Of a stretch of 64,000 bases of DNA, positions 50,201 through 61,600 are shown piece by piece. A program made the position numbers and the translations under genes. Numbering within the stretch: the first letter of the stretch is position 1; every line of letters begins with the position of its first letter. Source of the DNA: a bacterium (lineage in GTDB: Bacteria > Electryoneota > JAOADG01). The notes under the pieces were generated by a model. It made no database searches, was not told the origin of the DNA, and saw only the letters and a list, made by a program, of their open reading frames with translations. The stretch is taken from assembly GCA_963681965.1 (NCBI GenBank), contig OY820579.1, positions 2,112,001 to 2,176,000 of the forward strand, in the 5' to 3' direction.

Positions 50201-52280
50201 TAGTGATCGGAGCGGCGGCTTGGCTGACTTTTACCCATGCCGGACTTCCAGTTGCTCCCGAGCAGGTTACTTGAAAACTATCCGCTCGCGCGGGTCCGGA
50301 ATTGGCGGATGCCGTAACCGAGACGATTCGAGTACCGGCATACGTGGTTGGATTCAACGTAATCCAACTGGGAACATTACTAGTCGTCCACGTCGCGGAC
50401 GGATTTCCGCCACCAATCGTGATTGTGACATTTTGAGCACTACCAGCATTACTGTACTGAGGTATTGTTGTCGGCGAAACGCTAAAAGTGATTGGACCGG
50501 CGACTTGGCTGACTTTCACCCAAACCGGGCTACCAGTAGCACCGGTGCAACTTACCTGAAAACTGTCCGATCGTGCGATACCGGTATTCGTAGCAGCAAT
50601 CACAGACAGCGTTGTCGTCCCGGCACCAGATTGTGGTAACAGTGTGATCCATGCCGGAATTGAACTCGCGGTCCAGTTGGCAGTGGGATTACCGCCGCCA
50701 ATATTAATCGTCGTCGAAAGCGTATCGCAGAGATAGGGAAATTGCGCGATCGGATTAGTCGAAACCGAAAATGTGATCGGACCTGCAGCTTGACTGACTT
50801 TTACCCATTGAAACGTAGTAGGTGTAGAGATCAAGTAAACTTGAAAGCTATCGGAACGGGCAATGCCGCTGTTTGCGGCGGCAGTAGCGGCGACAGTTCG
50901 GGTACCTGCCCCATTCACTCGATTCAATGATATCCAGGATGGTATCCCGTAAATCGACCATTGATCCATGGGAGTACCGCCGCCGATAGTAACCGTGAAA
51001 TCCTGAGAGCTGCCTGTAGCGGGATACTGCGCGATTGGATTGGGAGCGACCGCAAGTGTCGTAGGTCGCAGTTTGGAACCGATATCGTAGTTACTGAATC
51101 CAGAAGCGAAGTAGCCATTGTCGTTGAATGCCGCTTTTACCCAATAGTAATAATTGGTTCCCGCAATTGCCGTGGAATCGTTGTAAGACGCGGTTGAATT
51201 CCAAGTCCCCAATGCAGTTGCTGTGGCAGAATTGTTAATCGTATTTCGGTACACTCGGAAAAAAGTCGTGAGTGGATATTCATGCCACGTGATATGAACG
51301 CAATTCACGTCGGTGCTGTCGCTCGCCAATACAGCGGTAGGAGTCATGATTGAAGACGATCCGGAGACGTTGAGCGTGGGTGAATTACCGCCATTTGCAG
51401 TGAATGTTCCTGAACTGGTAGATGGGAGATTGCTATAGTAGCGAATCGTTATCGTTTGACTACCACCAGGAATTAGACTAAACGGTGAGGTCGGAGATTG
51501 AATCGAGAAATCGCCAGAGACTGCCGGTGTGATTGAAACGGTTCCGGTATCGGTTCCGTTGTTGGATAAAGTAACGGTTCGATTACTACCAAAACCCACA
51601 AAGATATTACCGAAATCTAATGTCGAAGTACTCCATTGATAGTTTGGCACACCGATCGTTTGAAAACTCCAGATGGTGTCTCCCAAAGAAGTACCAGCCG
51701 AATTGATCGCCTGAACCTTCCAGTAATACGTCGTATAATTTGTCATTGTACCGGGATTATACGTTTGTGCAGTTTGGCTAGCCGAAACCTGTGGCGGTGG
51801 ATTGGCCGTACCAAAATAGACGCGATACGATGTGGCATTTCGCGGTGCACTCCAGTTCAATATGCTATTGGTAGCGACTTCGAGCTCACCATTGACCGGA
51901 TCGGTCGGCTGCGGATCGTCCGGTGCAACCAGGATCGTTCGAAAATTCCAGATGTTAGCGCCCGGAGATACACCCGTACTGCCACGGGCAACGACTTTCC
52001 AATAGTAGGTTTGGTAACTGTCAAGGGTACCCGGATCGTAAGTACGAGTCGATTGATTCGATGAAACCAATGTCGTAGGATTGCTGACGGTACCGAAATA
52101 AACATCGTACCCCGTTGCACCAATCACCGAATTCCAACTTAACGTCTGCGTCAAAGGTCGATCGACAGTGCCACTGTTTGGCGATGGATTGGACGGATCG
52201 GCTGGAACTGCAAAGGCTGGAACTGCAATGACTGCAATCAATACCATGAGCAAAAAAGCACGAAGTAGTGGTAAGTACAT
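44253..52280 (-). CDS. Giant secreted protein: FN3-like, HYDIN/ASH-like Ig and 20 BACON-like repeats
   Basis: Signal peptide; TYYWKV modules; ~95-aa repeats PSWITL...AN.G.AR.DSF.V...WVKVSQ. Confidence 0.88.
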   Translation of the reverse strand: MYLPLLRAFLLMVLIAVIAVPAFAVPADPSNPSPNSGTVDRPLTQTLSWNSVIGATGYDVYFGTVSNPTTLVSSNQSTRTYDPGTLDSYQTYYWKVVARGSTGVSPGANIWNFRTILVAPDDPQPTDPVNGELEVATNSILNWSAPRNATSYRVYFGTANPPPQVSASQTAQTYNPGTMTNYTTYYWKVQAINSAGTSLGDTIWSFQTIGVPNYQWSTSTLDFGNIFVGFGSNRTVTLSNNGTDTGTVSITPAVSGDFSIQSPTSPFSLIPGGSQTITIRYYSNLPSTSSGTFTANGGNSPTLNVSGSSSIMTPTAVLASDSTDVNCVHITWHEYPLTTFFRVYRNTINNSATATALGTWNSTASYNDSTAIAGTNYYYWVKAAFNDNGYFASGFSNYDIGSKLRPTTLAVAPNPIAQYPATGSSQDFTVTIGGGTPMDQWSIYGIPSWISLNRVNGAGTRTVAATAAANSGIARSDSFQVYLISTPTTFQWVKVSQAAGPITFSVSTNPIAQFPYLCDTLSTTINIGGGNPTANWTASSIPAWITLLPQSGAGTTTLSVIAATNTGIARSDSFQVSCTGATGSPVWVKVSQVAGPITFSVSPTTIPQYSNAGSAQNVTITIGGGNPSATWTTSNVPSWITLNPTTYAGTRIVSVTASANSGPARADSFQVTCSGATGSPAWVKVSQAAAPITIMASPSTMSQFSNAGSTQYETVTVGGGNPSATWTTSSIPSWISLNPTTFAGTRIVAVTASANTGVARSDSFQVICAGAIGNPAWVKVNQAAGPITLSVSPTTVPQYSNAGSAQNVTITIGGGNPSATWTTSNIPSWISLNPTTYAGTRTVAVTASANTGPARVDSFQVACTGATGSPAWIKVSQAAGVTTFAVSPTTIAQYTNAGGSQNLTVSIGGGNPSATWTTSSVPSWITLNPTTYAGTRTVAVTAATNTGLARTDSFLVTCSGATGSPAWIKISQSIGTITLAVSPSTIAQFANSGGSQTANVSIGGINPSATWTIGSVPSWITVSPMTFSGSSSITVTTPTNTGITRSDSFQVACTGAYGSPFWVKVSQQTATFISVSPNPMPEFGPTQNSQIFTINVTGAYPWLPSYIASYPSWVSYEGIAGSNPQQIRITVNENTDSTRTDSLQLVCNGAVGSPLWVKISQRCYRTTILTSGSLSTFPYLQSSRWLNVYLDTENPNPTASISHLPSWIRVMQQDYLRPNYSYRLEATINTGPARTDSLLVVSRYAINNPVWVILSQEEGPTNLSVTPATLPQFTRDGGSHTLAVSVTGGRPTSSWSVTNIPAWINVTPTTFNGSGSVSVTVGANLSVANLDSFLITCSNATNSPKWVKVSQDPGLTTFAAAPTTLSQFSNTGGSQDVAVTLGGGNPNANCTTSNVPSWITLNPTTFSGSRSFTVSAAANTGLARSDSFQVASSGATGSPTWIKVSQAAGPAILSVSPTTLSQFATAGGTQNVTVSIGGGNPSATWTTSNVPSWITLNPSTLAGSSSISVTAMANTGIARADSFQVASSGATGSPVWIKVSQAPIPATLSVTPTTVSQFTNEGGSQNVTVTIGGGIPSTTWTTSNLPGWITLTPTTFDGSRTISITAAANSGIARADSFQVASSGATGSPVWVKVSQAAGATTFAVTPTTLVQYSNAGGSQNLAVSVGGGNPSAMWTSNNVPDWITLTPDTFVGSSDVTVTAAVNLSVARADSFQMICNDLSSSPIWVRVTQAAGATTFSVSPTTLAQFTCAGGSQDITVSVGGGDPTATWTSSYVPSWITLDPTSFSGSSNISVTAAENSGIARADSFQIACDGATGSPVWVKVDQHQGATILAVEPAIMPQFGNSGGSLILTVNIGGGNPLAEWTTSNVPSWISLNLTTSTGSYNIIVTAAANLGIARADSFQVSCTGATGSPVWILVSQAEGATTFAVTPTTLSQYPIVGGSQEVTVSVGGGNPLATWITSNVPSWITVSSPSFAGSSMITVTADTNRGFARADSFQVICSGATGSPVWVKVSQAPIPTTFAVSPTTLEQFAYSGGSQNVNVTIGGGTPSATWTTSNVPSWITLNPTTFAGSSMLTVTAAANTGLARSDSFQVASSGATGSPAWIHVSQEGGPISLSASPKSMNNVFMGMSRDFSIIISGRNPAVEWRLGVLPSWVTITPTSGIGTQTLRITSMPNGGVARVDSFQVFCDSATIGSPLWVVVKQNGGLALNVSPTTMTQFSNAGGSQVANITISGPRAPASWNALYLPSWITVNPLYGNESGSVTVTATANTGLARCDSFQIFCYLAVGSPAWIKVSQVGAPAQSVISPTTLNFGDIGTNLSDTANVIVRNNGYSTLEISDLTMSTSLSTTWTMPYPSVPVGDSIALPIVWTPNHAGDFTGTVIIHTNASNPVDTILITGTISAGSIANGTVSPSSAPAGSNFTFEFDFTSSVTTVDSAIILLDHARLCPIYSVSGAIPGTLHFSATASIASVGDHNTSFVVYGSGGLVIASDTLVGPEVTISALTAATAPVPQNSQTILNSIPTLSWVGDASHPLYDVYFGTSNPPETCLNANLTTSSLPLTNPLSNGTYYWYVVSHTPAASVNSTVWSFTVDASKPVVSIAYSIGSVELTWNATTFPRVSIYRSADSPYFTPFPATLLTTVPSAPGSYIDSPVSGRYFYKVTFVSDEATAR

Positions 52281-52644
52281 AATAATCTCCCGGATACGTA
52301 GTAACGGCGATTAAACCAGATTGATTTTTGGATTTCTTTAATCGTGGTAAATGTAAGTATTGATCGGAAGGCGGGAAATGATTAAATGCCTCATAATTTG
52401 GATAATTCATCGATAAACGGTGAACAAAATAAATTGTATTGTAGATCGTATAAATATTGTATCAAAGTAATACTGTTTCGATACTTATATCTATATATAT
52501 TATAAGAGTTTATAATCATTCAAGGTTGCTTTGAGCTATGGGCTCAGCAATATTTTAAACCGGCAAGCCTTGCTATACAAGGGTTATAAGTGATTCACCC
52601 AGCGGAAGCCTTGCTATTCCTATCTTTCGGGTTGTTATCCTAAA

Positions 52645-54165
52645 TTAGAATTTATCACACTCTACCGTGATCCAATGTGCTGGGAGGGGCAACCATTCTT
52701 CAGCAACACCATTGTCGATTAGTTTTGAGCGAATTAATTGAAAATAAAATGCTTCTCTAGAAAGTCGAGAAACCTGGCGAGCCGTTAAATGGCTGAACAA
52801 AACGTGGTAAAATGCTGGCATGGATTGACCCCGTCCCGTCCTGAATAGTGTCGGCAACTTCTTCGGATCGCCGTGCAGCAAATGTGTTTCGAGTTGAATC
52901 GCTAATCGAGCGAGAGCTTGCGAATAAGTGATATTGGCGATTTTCGATCGCGAGCGGTCTTGGTTGGCGTACGTAAAAGCATCGGTTGCCTGATCTATCT
53001 TGCTGTACTGCGCTAACCAGAAGACGATATAATTCCATATTGTCTCATCGTTGTAATTTGCCGATTTCAAGTCATGCAGCGTTTCCGTGATCTCCGAGTG
53101 ACCGGGATCGAAGTTTCCTGCTTCTGCGGTGAGAAGTATCATTCGCGCTTCGATGGCGTGTATTCGTTCGAAATTGCGGTTTCCGATAAATATTTGTTTG
53201 TTTGTTTCGTACAGCTCACGGGCGTGTTCGCGATGACCGGTATATTGGAATACTTCAGCCAAATACATATTGACGACAGCAAGCAACTGATTGTTATTGA
53301 TCGATCGAAGTGTTTCTGCAGCGGTTTCTAAAAATGGCATCGCGGTTTCGGGTGTGCCAATATGGATTAGATTATTCGATAGATTGTATAAAGCCATCGC
53401 AAAGAAGTATTGATTGCCGAGATACTTGAATTTTTCAGCTGCCCGAGTATATTCCGCGACAGCCTCGTTGTACTTTTTTGTAAATCCAAGGATAACACCC
53501 CGAATAAAACAACTCATCGCTTGATAATAAAGATTATCCGCACCATTCGCCCAAACTTCGGTAGCAAGTATATGTTCGATCGCCGAATCATATTGTTGTG
53601 TCGCGCAATAACTATTCGCTAGACAGGTTCGAACGTGAGCAACAAGCTCTTTTTGCTGCAACTTTTCAAATGTCGCCAATGCCGTTAGGTCATGGCGGAT
53701 TGATGACTGGTATTTCTTTAGAGAAAATTCTATTGCGGCGACATTAGTCAAACACATCGCAGTATGCAATTCATCCTTCGCTTTTTCGAAATATTGTAGC
53801 GCTTTCAATTGAAATTTGGACGCAAGCTTTAATTCATCCTTCATCCGGTACATATTGGCAATATTGTTATAGGAAGCAGCGGCGTAATCATACTTTTTTC
53901 GCCGCCAATAAATCCGAAGATTCTCCTGATGGAGGAGTAGCGCTTCATCGAAACGGGAAAGGCTGGTGAGGCAAATTCCAATCTGGGTGGAACAGTCGCA
54001 AGCAGCGAGGATCTCATTGGCAGCGAGCGAAATTTCTTTTGCCTGTTGATAGTCAGCGATCGCATCGTTAAACCACGAAGTATTTTGTTTCGAGCGAGCC
54101 TGCTCGAACAGTTCTTTAAAGCTTGTCTGAAATCGAATATTAGCGTTTTGATTCGTCATTTTCAT
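52645..54165 (-). CDS. Tetratricopeptide repeat protein
   Basis: ~40-aa repeats such as AASYNNIANMY and AMALYNLSNNL. Confidence 0.8.
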   Translation of the reverse strand: MKMTNQNANIRFQTSFKELFEQARSKQNTSWFNDAIADYQQAKEISLAANEILAACDCSTQIGICLTSLSRFDEALLLHQENLRIYWRRKKYDYAAASYNNIANMYRMKDELKLASKFQLKALQYFEKAKDELHTAMCLTNVAAIEFSLKKYQSSIRHDLTALATFEKLQQKELVAHVRTCLANSYCATQQYDSAIEHILATEVWANGADNLYYQAMSCFIRGVILGFTKKYNEAVAEYTRAAEKFKYLGNQYFFAMALYNLSNNLIHIGTPETAMPFLETAAETLRSINNNQLLAVVNMYLAEVFQYTGHREHARELYETNKQIFIGNRNFERIHAIEARMILLTAEAGNFDPGHSEITETLHDLKSANYNDETIWNYIVFWLAQYSKIDQATDAFTYANQDRSRSKIANITYSQALARLAIQLETHLLHGDPKKLPTLFRTGRGQSMPAFYHVLFSHLTARQVSRLSREAFYFQLIRSKLIDNGVAEEWLPLPAHWITVECDKF

Positions 54166-54993
54166 ATTTTGCTCGGTTATTCTATATAATAATAATTATA
54201 CCAACCTTTCGACAACACTTCACTTCCTGCACATTGTCGATTTGTATAGATTACTTCTAGTTATTGTAGAACCGCATATTGTAGAACGAAACCTTCTGGA
54301 ATTAATCTACCGATTGAAAGCAGCTACTGAAGGAATTAATGCGGGTTTCCGATTGACATTTCGTTTCACTACATAAGGGACTATAAGAGTTGGATATGAA
54401 GTTGCAAAAATACTGATAAATTATTTAAATGGTGTCTGAGAAGGATACAGCTCTTCGTACTTTGATAAATCCATCGGGGTTACAACGCGATACGTTCCAT
54501 TTTTCAATGAGTGCGAGTCCAACGTACACATCCCGAGCAGCTCTGGTGATCGGCGATGCGGTCTGTACGTTGCAGGTTAAATTTCAACAGCTCTTTACCA
54601 CCTTTATCAATTTGCAACGTGATTAGCAGCTTGAGCAGTTGAGTGAATTGGTGTCGAAACTATCGAAGTATTCTAACGCTCAGTTGATACCAGTTGGAGA
54701 CCTGCGACTCCTGCAAGAGCACGGCTCCATTTTCTAGTGTTAGAGTATTCAAAGTTGATATTATTATTGCACAACATACGTCAATAACTATAAAATAAGT
54801 GATGAAGAATACAAAAGATAATTTTGAAATTCTTAATAATTCTTGCTTTTATCAAATTTATTCCATAGTATGGAATAATCATATTTTAGATGACCCCCCA
54901 ACGCCCACTCGCTAATTCCCTCGATTTTTCCACGTTGAGTCCGTCATTGGTTCTGTTCTTTGTTAACGAATACCAATCGTAAGGAGAGCAACA

Positions 54994-55617
54994 ATGAGAC
55001 TGGTAAGAATTATTGCTATCGTATTTTTCGAATTTGTTTTTCTTACTTCTTTCTTATGGGCACAAACGGAAAAGACATCTAGTCCTAATCGATCGATTCA
55101 AATGAGAACCCACTCGCTGGGAAAAGATTCGATCAAATCGAAAACAGTCACCCCGACACGGGTCTCCCTACCGCTTCCGGCGAAGGACTGGCAACCTGTA
55201 GTACCGGCAACTAAACCGTCGACTACCGAGAATACCCTATCCCATAAAAACATCGCTCCACCTCCACCCAGTAAGGAGTTTATTCCTACACCAATCGACC
55301 CTGCACTGAATTTGACACCGGAGCAAATCGAGCTTATCGAGCAATATCATTTACTTTACCAAGAGCCATGTTTTAAATGTCTCGACGATAAATTGGCACA
55401 TTACGATTCTTCACCCGAACGCAATACCTATCCCTTCGATAAATTTATCGAATTGGTGCGACTAGAACGCACACAACTCACCGAATTGTACACACTCGAT
55501 CAATCCATCCTCCACGAATCCGATCCCGGTAAACGCGCTACCCTGCTGCAAGAGCGGACGACACTCCTGTCGCGACAAAACAGTGAAGCGCACCAGTTGA
55601 AAGCAACTGGCAAGTAA
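54994..55617 (+). CDS. Hypothetical secreted protein, Pro-rich linker plus helical domain
   Basis: AAGGAG RBS; signal peptide. Confidence 0.75.
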   Translation: MRLVRIIAIVFFEFVFLTSFLWAQTEKTSSPNRSIQMRTHSLGKDSIKSKTVTPTRVSLPLPAKDWQPVVPATKPSTTENTLSHKNIAPPPPSKEFIPTPIDPALNLTPEQIELIEQYHLLYQEPCFKCLDDKLAHYDSSPERNTYPFDKFIELVRLERTQLTELYTLDQSILHESDPGKRATLLQERTTLLSRQNSEAHQLKATGK

Positions 55618-55654
55618 CCGGAAACCGAATTGACGCTTATCGACGGAGGATATC

Positions 55655-58600
55655 ATGAAAACGAAACTACTCGTTCAACTGTTGACACTGATTTTTATCG
55701 TGATAAGTTTCACGATTCTTACTCAGGAAGTGAGTGCAAGTTGCGATCCGAACAATTGTACCGCATACAATTGGAGTTGGTCTGATGTCGCGTTCGAACC
55801 GGTACCTTGGATGAGCCGTTCGATCTCGACGCAGATTGCTGCGGGTGAAAATTATAAAATAATGATCCCATTAAATGTGCTCAACACATACAACTTCAAT
55901 ACATGCAATAGTTACACTAATTTCGATACCTATCTTTGCATGTACGATGCAACCTGTACTTTAGTCGCCTGGAATGACGATTACTGCGATGCAAAGTCGT
56001 CTTTGACGTATACACCATCCAGTAACACTTACTATTATCCTCAGTTTGCAGGCTATAGTACTTACTATGGTCAATTCCAAGTCGACTACCGGATTACGGC
56101 TTGCCCAGTACTTTCACCTTTGGATGCCACTTGGAACACTATCTCCAGTTCGATTTCGGAGAATGGAGCTGTGTACCTGCAATTACCGGCGATCGCGTCG
56201 GGTTCGCAATATCGCCTGCAATTATCGATGATTCAGGGGGGTGGAACTGCCAGTTACGATACCTACCTCCATCTGTTCACAGCAAACGGGACGCAACTGG
56301 CTTTTAATGACGATACCCCCTCATCCACTGCTTCGGAAATCGATTACTCGGGCGTTAGCGATTCATTGAATAATGGGTACGTTCGAGTTGGTGGTTATTC
56401 TACAAACTACGGTTCCTTTACGTTGGCATATCGAGTGACTCCCGTTTCCAATATCGATTTGTCGCCGTATGACCCGGGTTGGGGCGCGCCAATAACGTTC
56501 TCCAACAATCCCGACAACCGCAGCGCTCCACTAGTGGCAGGAATGCCGTCCTATATCGCAATCGCGATGCGCAATAACGGCACCACCGATGCCGGGGCCT
56601 ATCATGTCCGCGTGATGGTTGATGGGAATCAAGCATTCTCGACTTCGGAAACGTGGTTACCGGCGGGGTATTACGTCTACTATGCAAACAATGCTTACAC
56701 TTTCGCCTCAGCAGGACAGCATACCGTTCGTCTTGAAGTCGATTATCAGAATGAAGTAGTCGAATCGAATGAAGCCAACAATGTGTACGAAACGACGGTG
56801 ACGGCCAACAGTCCGATGCCGGATTTGAAACCTTATACAATCGGCGAAACATCAATCCCGATTCACTTTACTGTCAACCCGGATAGCTGGGCCTGTGCTG
56901 CGCAAGAACCGGTACCAATCAATTGCCCGTTATACATTCCATATGGGGTACAAAACGCTGGAAATGCACCTACCGGTCCATTTTCTTTACGGATATTAAT
57001 CGATGGAAATGTTGTTCACAGCGACGCGTATTCAGGTTATCCTGCTGGTGATGCTTGCTGGTGTTGTCCTAACAACCAGATAACGCTAACCACTTTAGGC
57101 ACTCACATTGTTCGGATGGAGCTCGACTATTCGAATTCCGTCGCTGAAATGCGGGAAGACAACAATGTCTATATCGATACCATCCAAGTTGTACCCCAAC
57201 GTTACAACATAGAACAAGTCGGACAAATCGGATGGGTAGATCCACTCGGCGAATCTCCAGCTCAATTTGCAGTTTCCCATAATCGCGGTACCCATGTTTC
57301 CAATCAAATTGTTGTCGGTGATACTGCCTATTTCGATGACGGTCTACAAAACGTCGGTAATATGCCCTTCACGACGACTATCCCGTTCGAAGTACGGTTG
57401 AATGGTAATCTTGTTTACACCTCATCGATTGCTCCGATACTATACCCTAACCAGATCGCAATGATTGAAGATATCCCCTTAGTCGCTACATCGAGCGGAT
57501 CGAATCAAATAATAGTCCGACTTTTGCCAACTAGCGTTTATAATGGCGCAACCTATGTCTTTTGGTATAATGTTACTGCGAGCTATACCCGACCGGATCT
57601 CAGCTTATACACACCGCTCAACTGGTCGGGTTCGATTGTCGCTTCGGGAACGCAAGGGATTCACACGACCGGTACGTCGCCGATTGTGGTGGGGCAGCAG
57701 GCATATCTCTACTATGCCTTTTCGAATATCGGCGATGCTTCCATTACGACTCCATTCCACTGCGTGTTGAAAATCGATGGTACCGCGCAATCCGATATCA
57801 CGATCTCACCACCCTTTGCGATGAATCAGAATCAAACGGTGGAAATTCCCTATACCTTCCCAACTTCCGGTCCGCATACGATACAGGTGGCACTAGACAA
57901 TACCGACGCAATCTGGGAATATTCGAATACGAACAACGTTTCGTCTTTGCCGGTTACCGTCCAAGCACTTCCCTTTATCGAACTCGTACCCTTCGATATC
58001 GGTTGGGGCGCACCACTTACGGTTTCAAATGCCGATGGTGTTACCGATAACACAATCGTATCTCAAAGTTGCTCAGCCTACATTAATATTGCATTTGCCG
58101 ATACCGGCAATCAGGATGCCGGTCCGTTCGATGTCCGCGTCTTGGTCGATGGTTCTCCAATTTCGATCTTTCATGAAACAAGCCTGGTGGCTGGGCATTA
58201 CAATACCCATCGGAGTATCGCATACGCATTCAACACTACCGGCAGTCACATTGTTCGGATGGAAGTGGATTACTTGAATGCCGTGTCGGAAGGGAATGAA
58301 CAGAATAACTTCTTCCAATATGCGGTGAATGTTACCGGACCGCTTCCGGATTTAGCGCCTAATTGGTGGAATTATGGGAGCAATCCACCGCTTGCCGTAA
58401 CCTATCTTACAACTGACGCATTTCAAACCTCTGTTCCGGTTAACCGAGCGAACTACTGGACAGCCTATATCAAAAATTTCGGTAGCGCTGCAGCGCCGGA
58501 TATTCCTTGCCGGGTTCTGGTCGATGGTGTTACGGCATTGAATCAAACCTGTAATGCTCTGAACGTTGGCGCAAACGGTTGGGTTCAAGGCCACGATCTG

Positions 58601-61600
58601 ATTGTCAGTACTTTGGGCTATCACACCCTCACACTGATTATCGATCCCGATAATACTATTCCTGAAGCGTGCGAATCGAATAATACTTACGTCGATCAAT
58701 TTTTAGTGGTGCCACAAGGGGTCGATTTGCAATCGGGATGGTTGGATGGATGGTCGGGTCCAATCGTAGTAAAACACACCCGCACTACCGATCATATCAA
58801 TCAACCGATTGTCCCGGCCGAGACATCTTTTGTCGATGTGTGGGGCTACAATCAGGGCAATATTCCGTTGTCCGGTAGTTTCAGCAATCGATTATTACTA
58901 GACGGCAACACCGTATACACCCATTCCGAGTCGTATTCGGGTACCGATTCGTTATTTCCCGGTGCTTTGAATCCCATTATCTACAGCAATATTCCGGTTG
59001 TAATTCCAACTTCCGGGACTCACATCTTGCGGTTGGAACTTGATTATCTCCATACGATTTCCGAATCGGTTGAAACCAATAATTATCAAGAACACGAGAT
59101 CGTTTTACCGGCTCAAATTAATCGTCCGGATTTGACACCCTTCACTCCGCTTCATTGGTCGGCGCCGATCGTGCTTTCTACTCGAGCGGATAGTGTGGTG
59201 GAAACCAACACGTATGTAGTGAATCAGACTTACTACTTAAAATGGTCGTTTATGAATATCGGCGATACCGCAACGACCGATACACTGTTTTATACCTTAA
59301 GAAAGGATGATGCTTATTCGTTTATCACCTGGTATCGTCCATCATCCATCGCGATGAATGAATCGTATACTTACACTGGTGGCTATAGTTTCACATTTAC
59401 TTCTCCGGGTGTGCACACCATTGAGATGTTCTTAGATACTCCCAACCGGATCTGGGAAACCAATGAAGCGAACAATCATGTGTCGGTATCATTCAATGTT
59501 GTGAATAATTTACCCGATCTCACTCCCGCCACACCATCGGGCAACCCCAACTGGCGAACACCGGTTTGGGTTAGAAGTACGCAAGAAGGAGTGCCGATTT
59601 GTGCCGGTGTCCCGGCTTACATCAGTTTCGCCTACACCAATGCCGGTGTTCATTCCACGACGGATACACTCTTCTATCAGGTGAATATCGATGGAACGGT
59701 CTGGTCGAATTGGTACAGCACTACGCCCTTTGCACCGGGTGAAGTCCGAGCAACCCCGAATTATCCGCGCACTTTTACGACTACCGGTCAACATACCATT
59801 CGACTACTGCTCGATCCAACCAATCGAATCGACGAACTGAACGAATCGAATAATATTTACGATACCACAATCTATGTTCAATCCAGCCAGCCCGATCTGA
59901 TATCGACCATTCCCAACGGTTGGACCTCGTGCTTCCGGATCAATCCGCATATTACGTATCCATCTTATTCATACGGCGTTGAATTCGATTTCGCCTTTAA
60001 GAATGCCGGTTCTTGCGATATCACCACCGATTCCGTGGAAGTCCGCAGTGAAATCGATGGTGTTTATGCCGGATCGTTCTATCGACGGGCTCCGATTGCG
60101 CGTGGCGATGAAGTAATCGCTTCGTTCGATCATGCACTAACCACACCTGGTACGCATACAATCCGCATTACACTCGACCCGAGCAACCACTATCCCGAAT
60201 TCGAGGAGACAAACAATGTTTACGAAACATCCTTCACTTATACTCCTCCTCCAATCACAATCACTAGTCCAAATGGCGGCGAAAACTGGATGGAGGGAGA
60301 AGTTCACCATATAACGTGGAGTGCCAATCCCTTAATTCATCATTTTCGGGTGCTCTTCCGAACCAGTGGCACCGGGGCTTGGGTACATCTGACGGACAAT
60401 TTGACGGATGCCTATAGTTACCCTTGGACGATACCGGATTCGGCTTCGAGTACTTGTTCCATTCTGGTCGATAATGCCGATGATATTTCGCAGTACGACA
60501 TGACTGACAGCCCCTTCACAGTGTTCCCGCTATTGCATGTCACTACTCCGAACGGTGGCGAGTTCTACCAATCGGGAAGGCTTCAAGTCATCGCTTGGAT
60601 GCCGGATATACCCGCGGTTCCCAGTTATTCCATCGACAATGGCACCAATTGGATCGAAATTGGATCGGGTCTGCAGTCGTCTCCGATTTTATGGACATTA
60701 CCAACGGTCAATTCGTCGCAATGTCGGATTAAAGTTGTGATTAACTCCGGTCAATACGACCTTAGCGATACGACCTTCACGATCTCTCCCGATCCGATTC
60801 ATTTAATCTCGCCGAATGGCGGCGAGTCGTGGTTAGTGGGTAGTACGCAAACAATTCGCTGGGAAGCCGATCCCAACGTTCATTCTTTCCGGGTATTGTG
60901 GCGACCGAATAGCAGTGCGGGATGGGTACATCTGTCCGACGGAATCGCAGCCAACAGCTTGGACTGGACTATTCCGAATAATACCACTGCACAGGGTATG
61001 GTGTTAATAGACAATGCCGACGATATTTCGTCTTACGACATGAACGACAATCCGTTCACGATTTATCAACCACTCACTGGAACGAAGACGATCGGAGGAA
61101 CAAGTCCCGATTACGCAACCTTTGCCGATGCTTCTACTGCCTTGACGGTAAATGGCGTGGGAACCGGAGGTGTGATCTTCAACGTACGACCGGGAATTTA
61201 CTCGGAAATGGTGACGATAAATCCGATCACGAATTCGAGTGCATCGAATCCCGTCGTATTTCAGAAAGACCCGAGTTACAGTGGTATCGTTCAAATCTCT
61301 CCAGCAGTGACAACTACGGGTCAATCCGGGATCAAGTTATGCGGCTGCCAATATGTAACCTTCGACGGAATTAGTGTCATTGACACCAGTACCGGTACTA
61401 ATGGGATAGCTAATGGTGTAACGACGACCAATTCCTCAGGTACGCAAGGAGCGCAGCACAACTGGATAAAGAACGCGACAATTCGACTTCGCATCAGTTC
61501 AGGACCAAATGGTGTCTATCAAGGATATACGACGACCACACCAACCTCACCCTCAGGTGCACAGAGTGACAACCATTACATCAATCTGAAGATTTCAAAA

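Noticed and set aside
45380-51065. CRISPR array or DGR repeats
   Set aside because: ~285-bp in-frame coding repeats with synonymous divergence; no cas or reverse transcriptase gene in the window
54429-54737. Short ORF(s) in the intergenic region
   Set aside because: No RBS or motif; cannot be distinguished from chance
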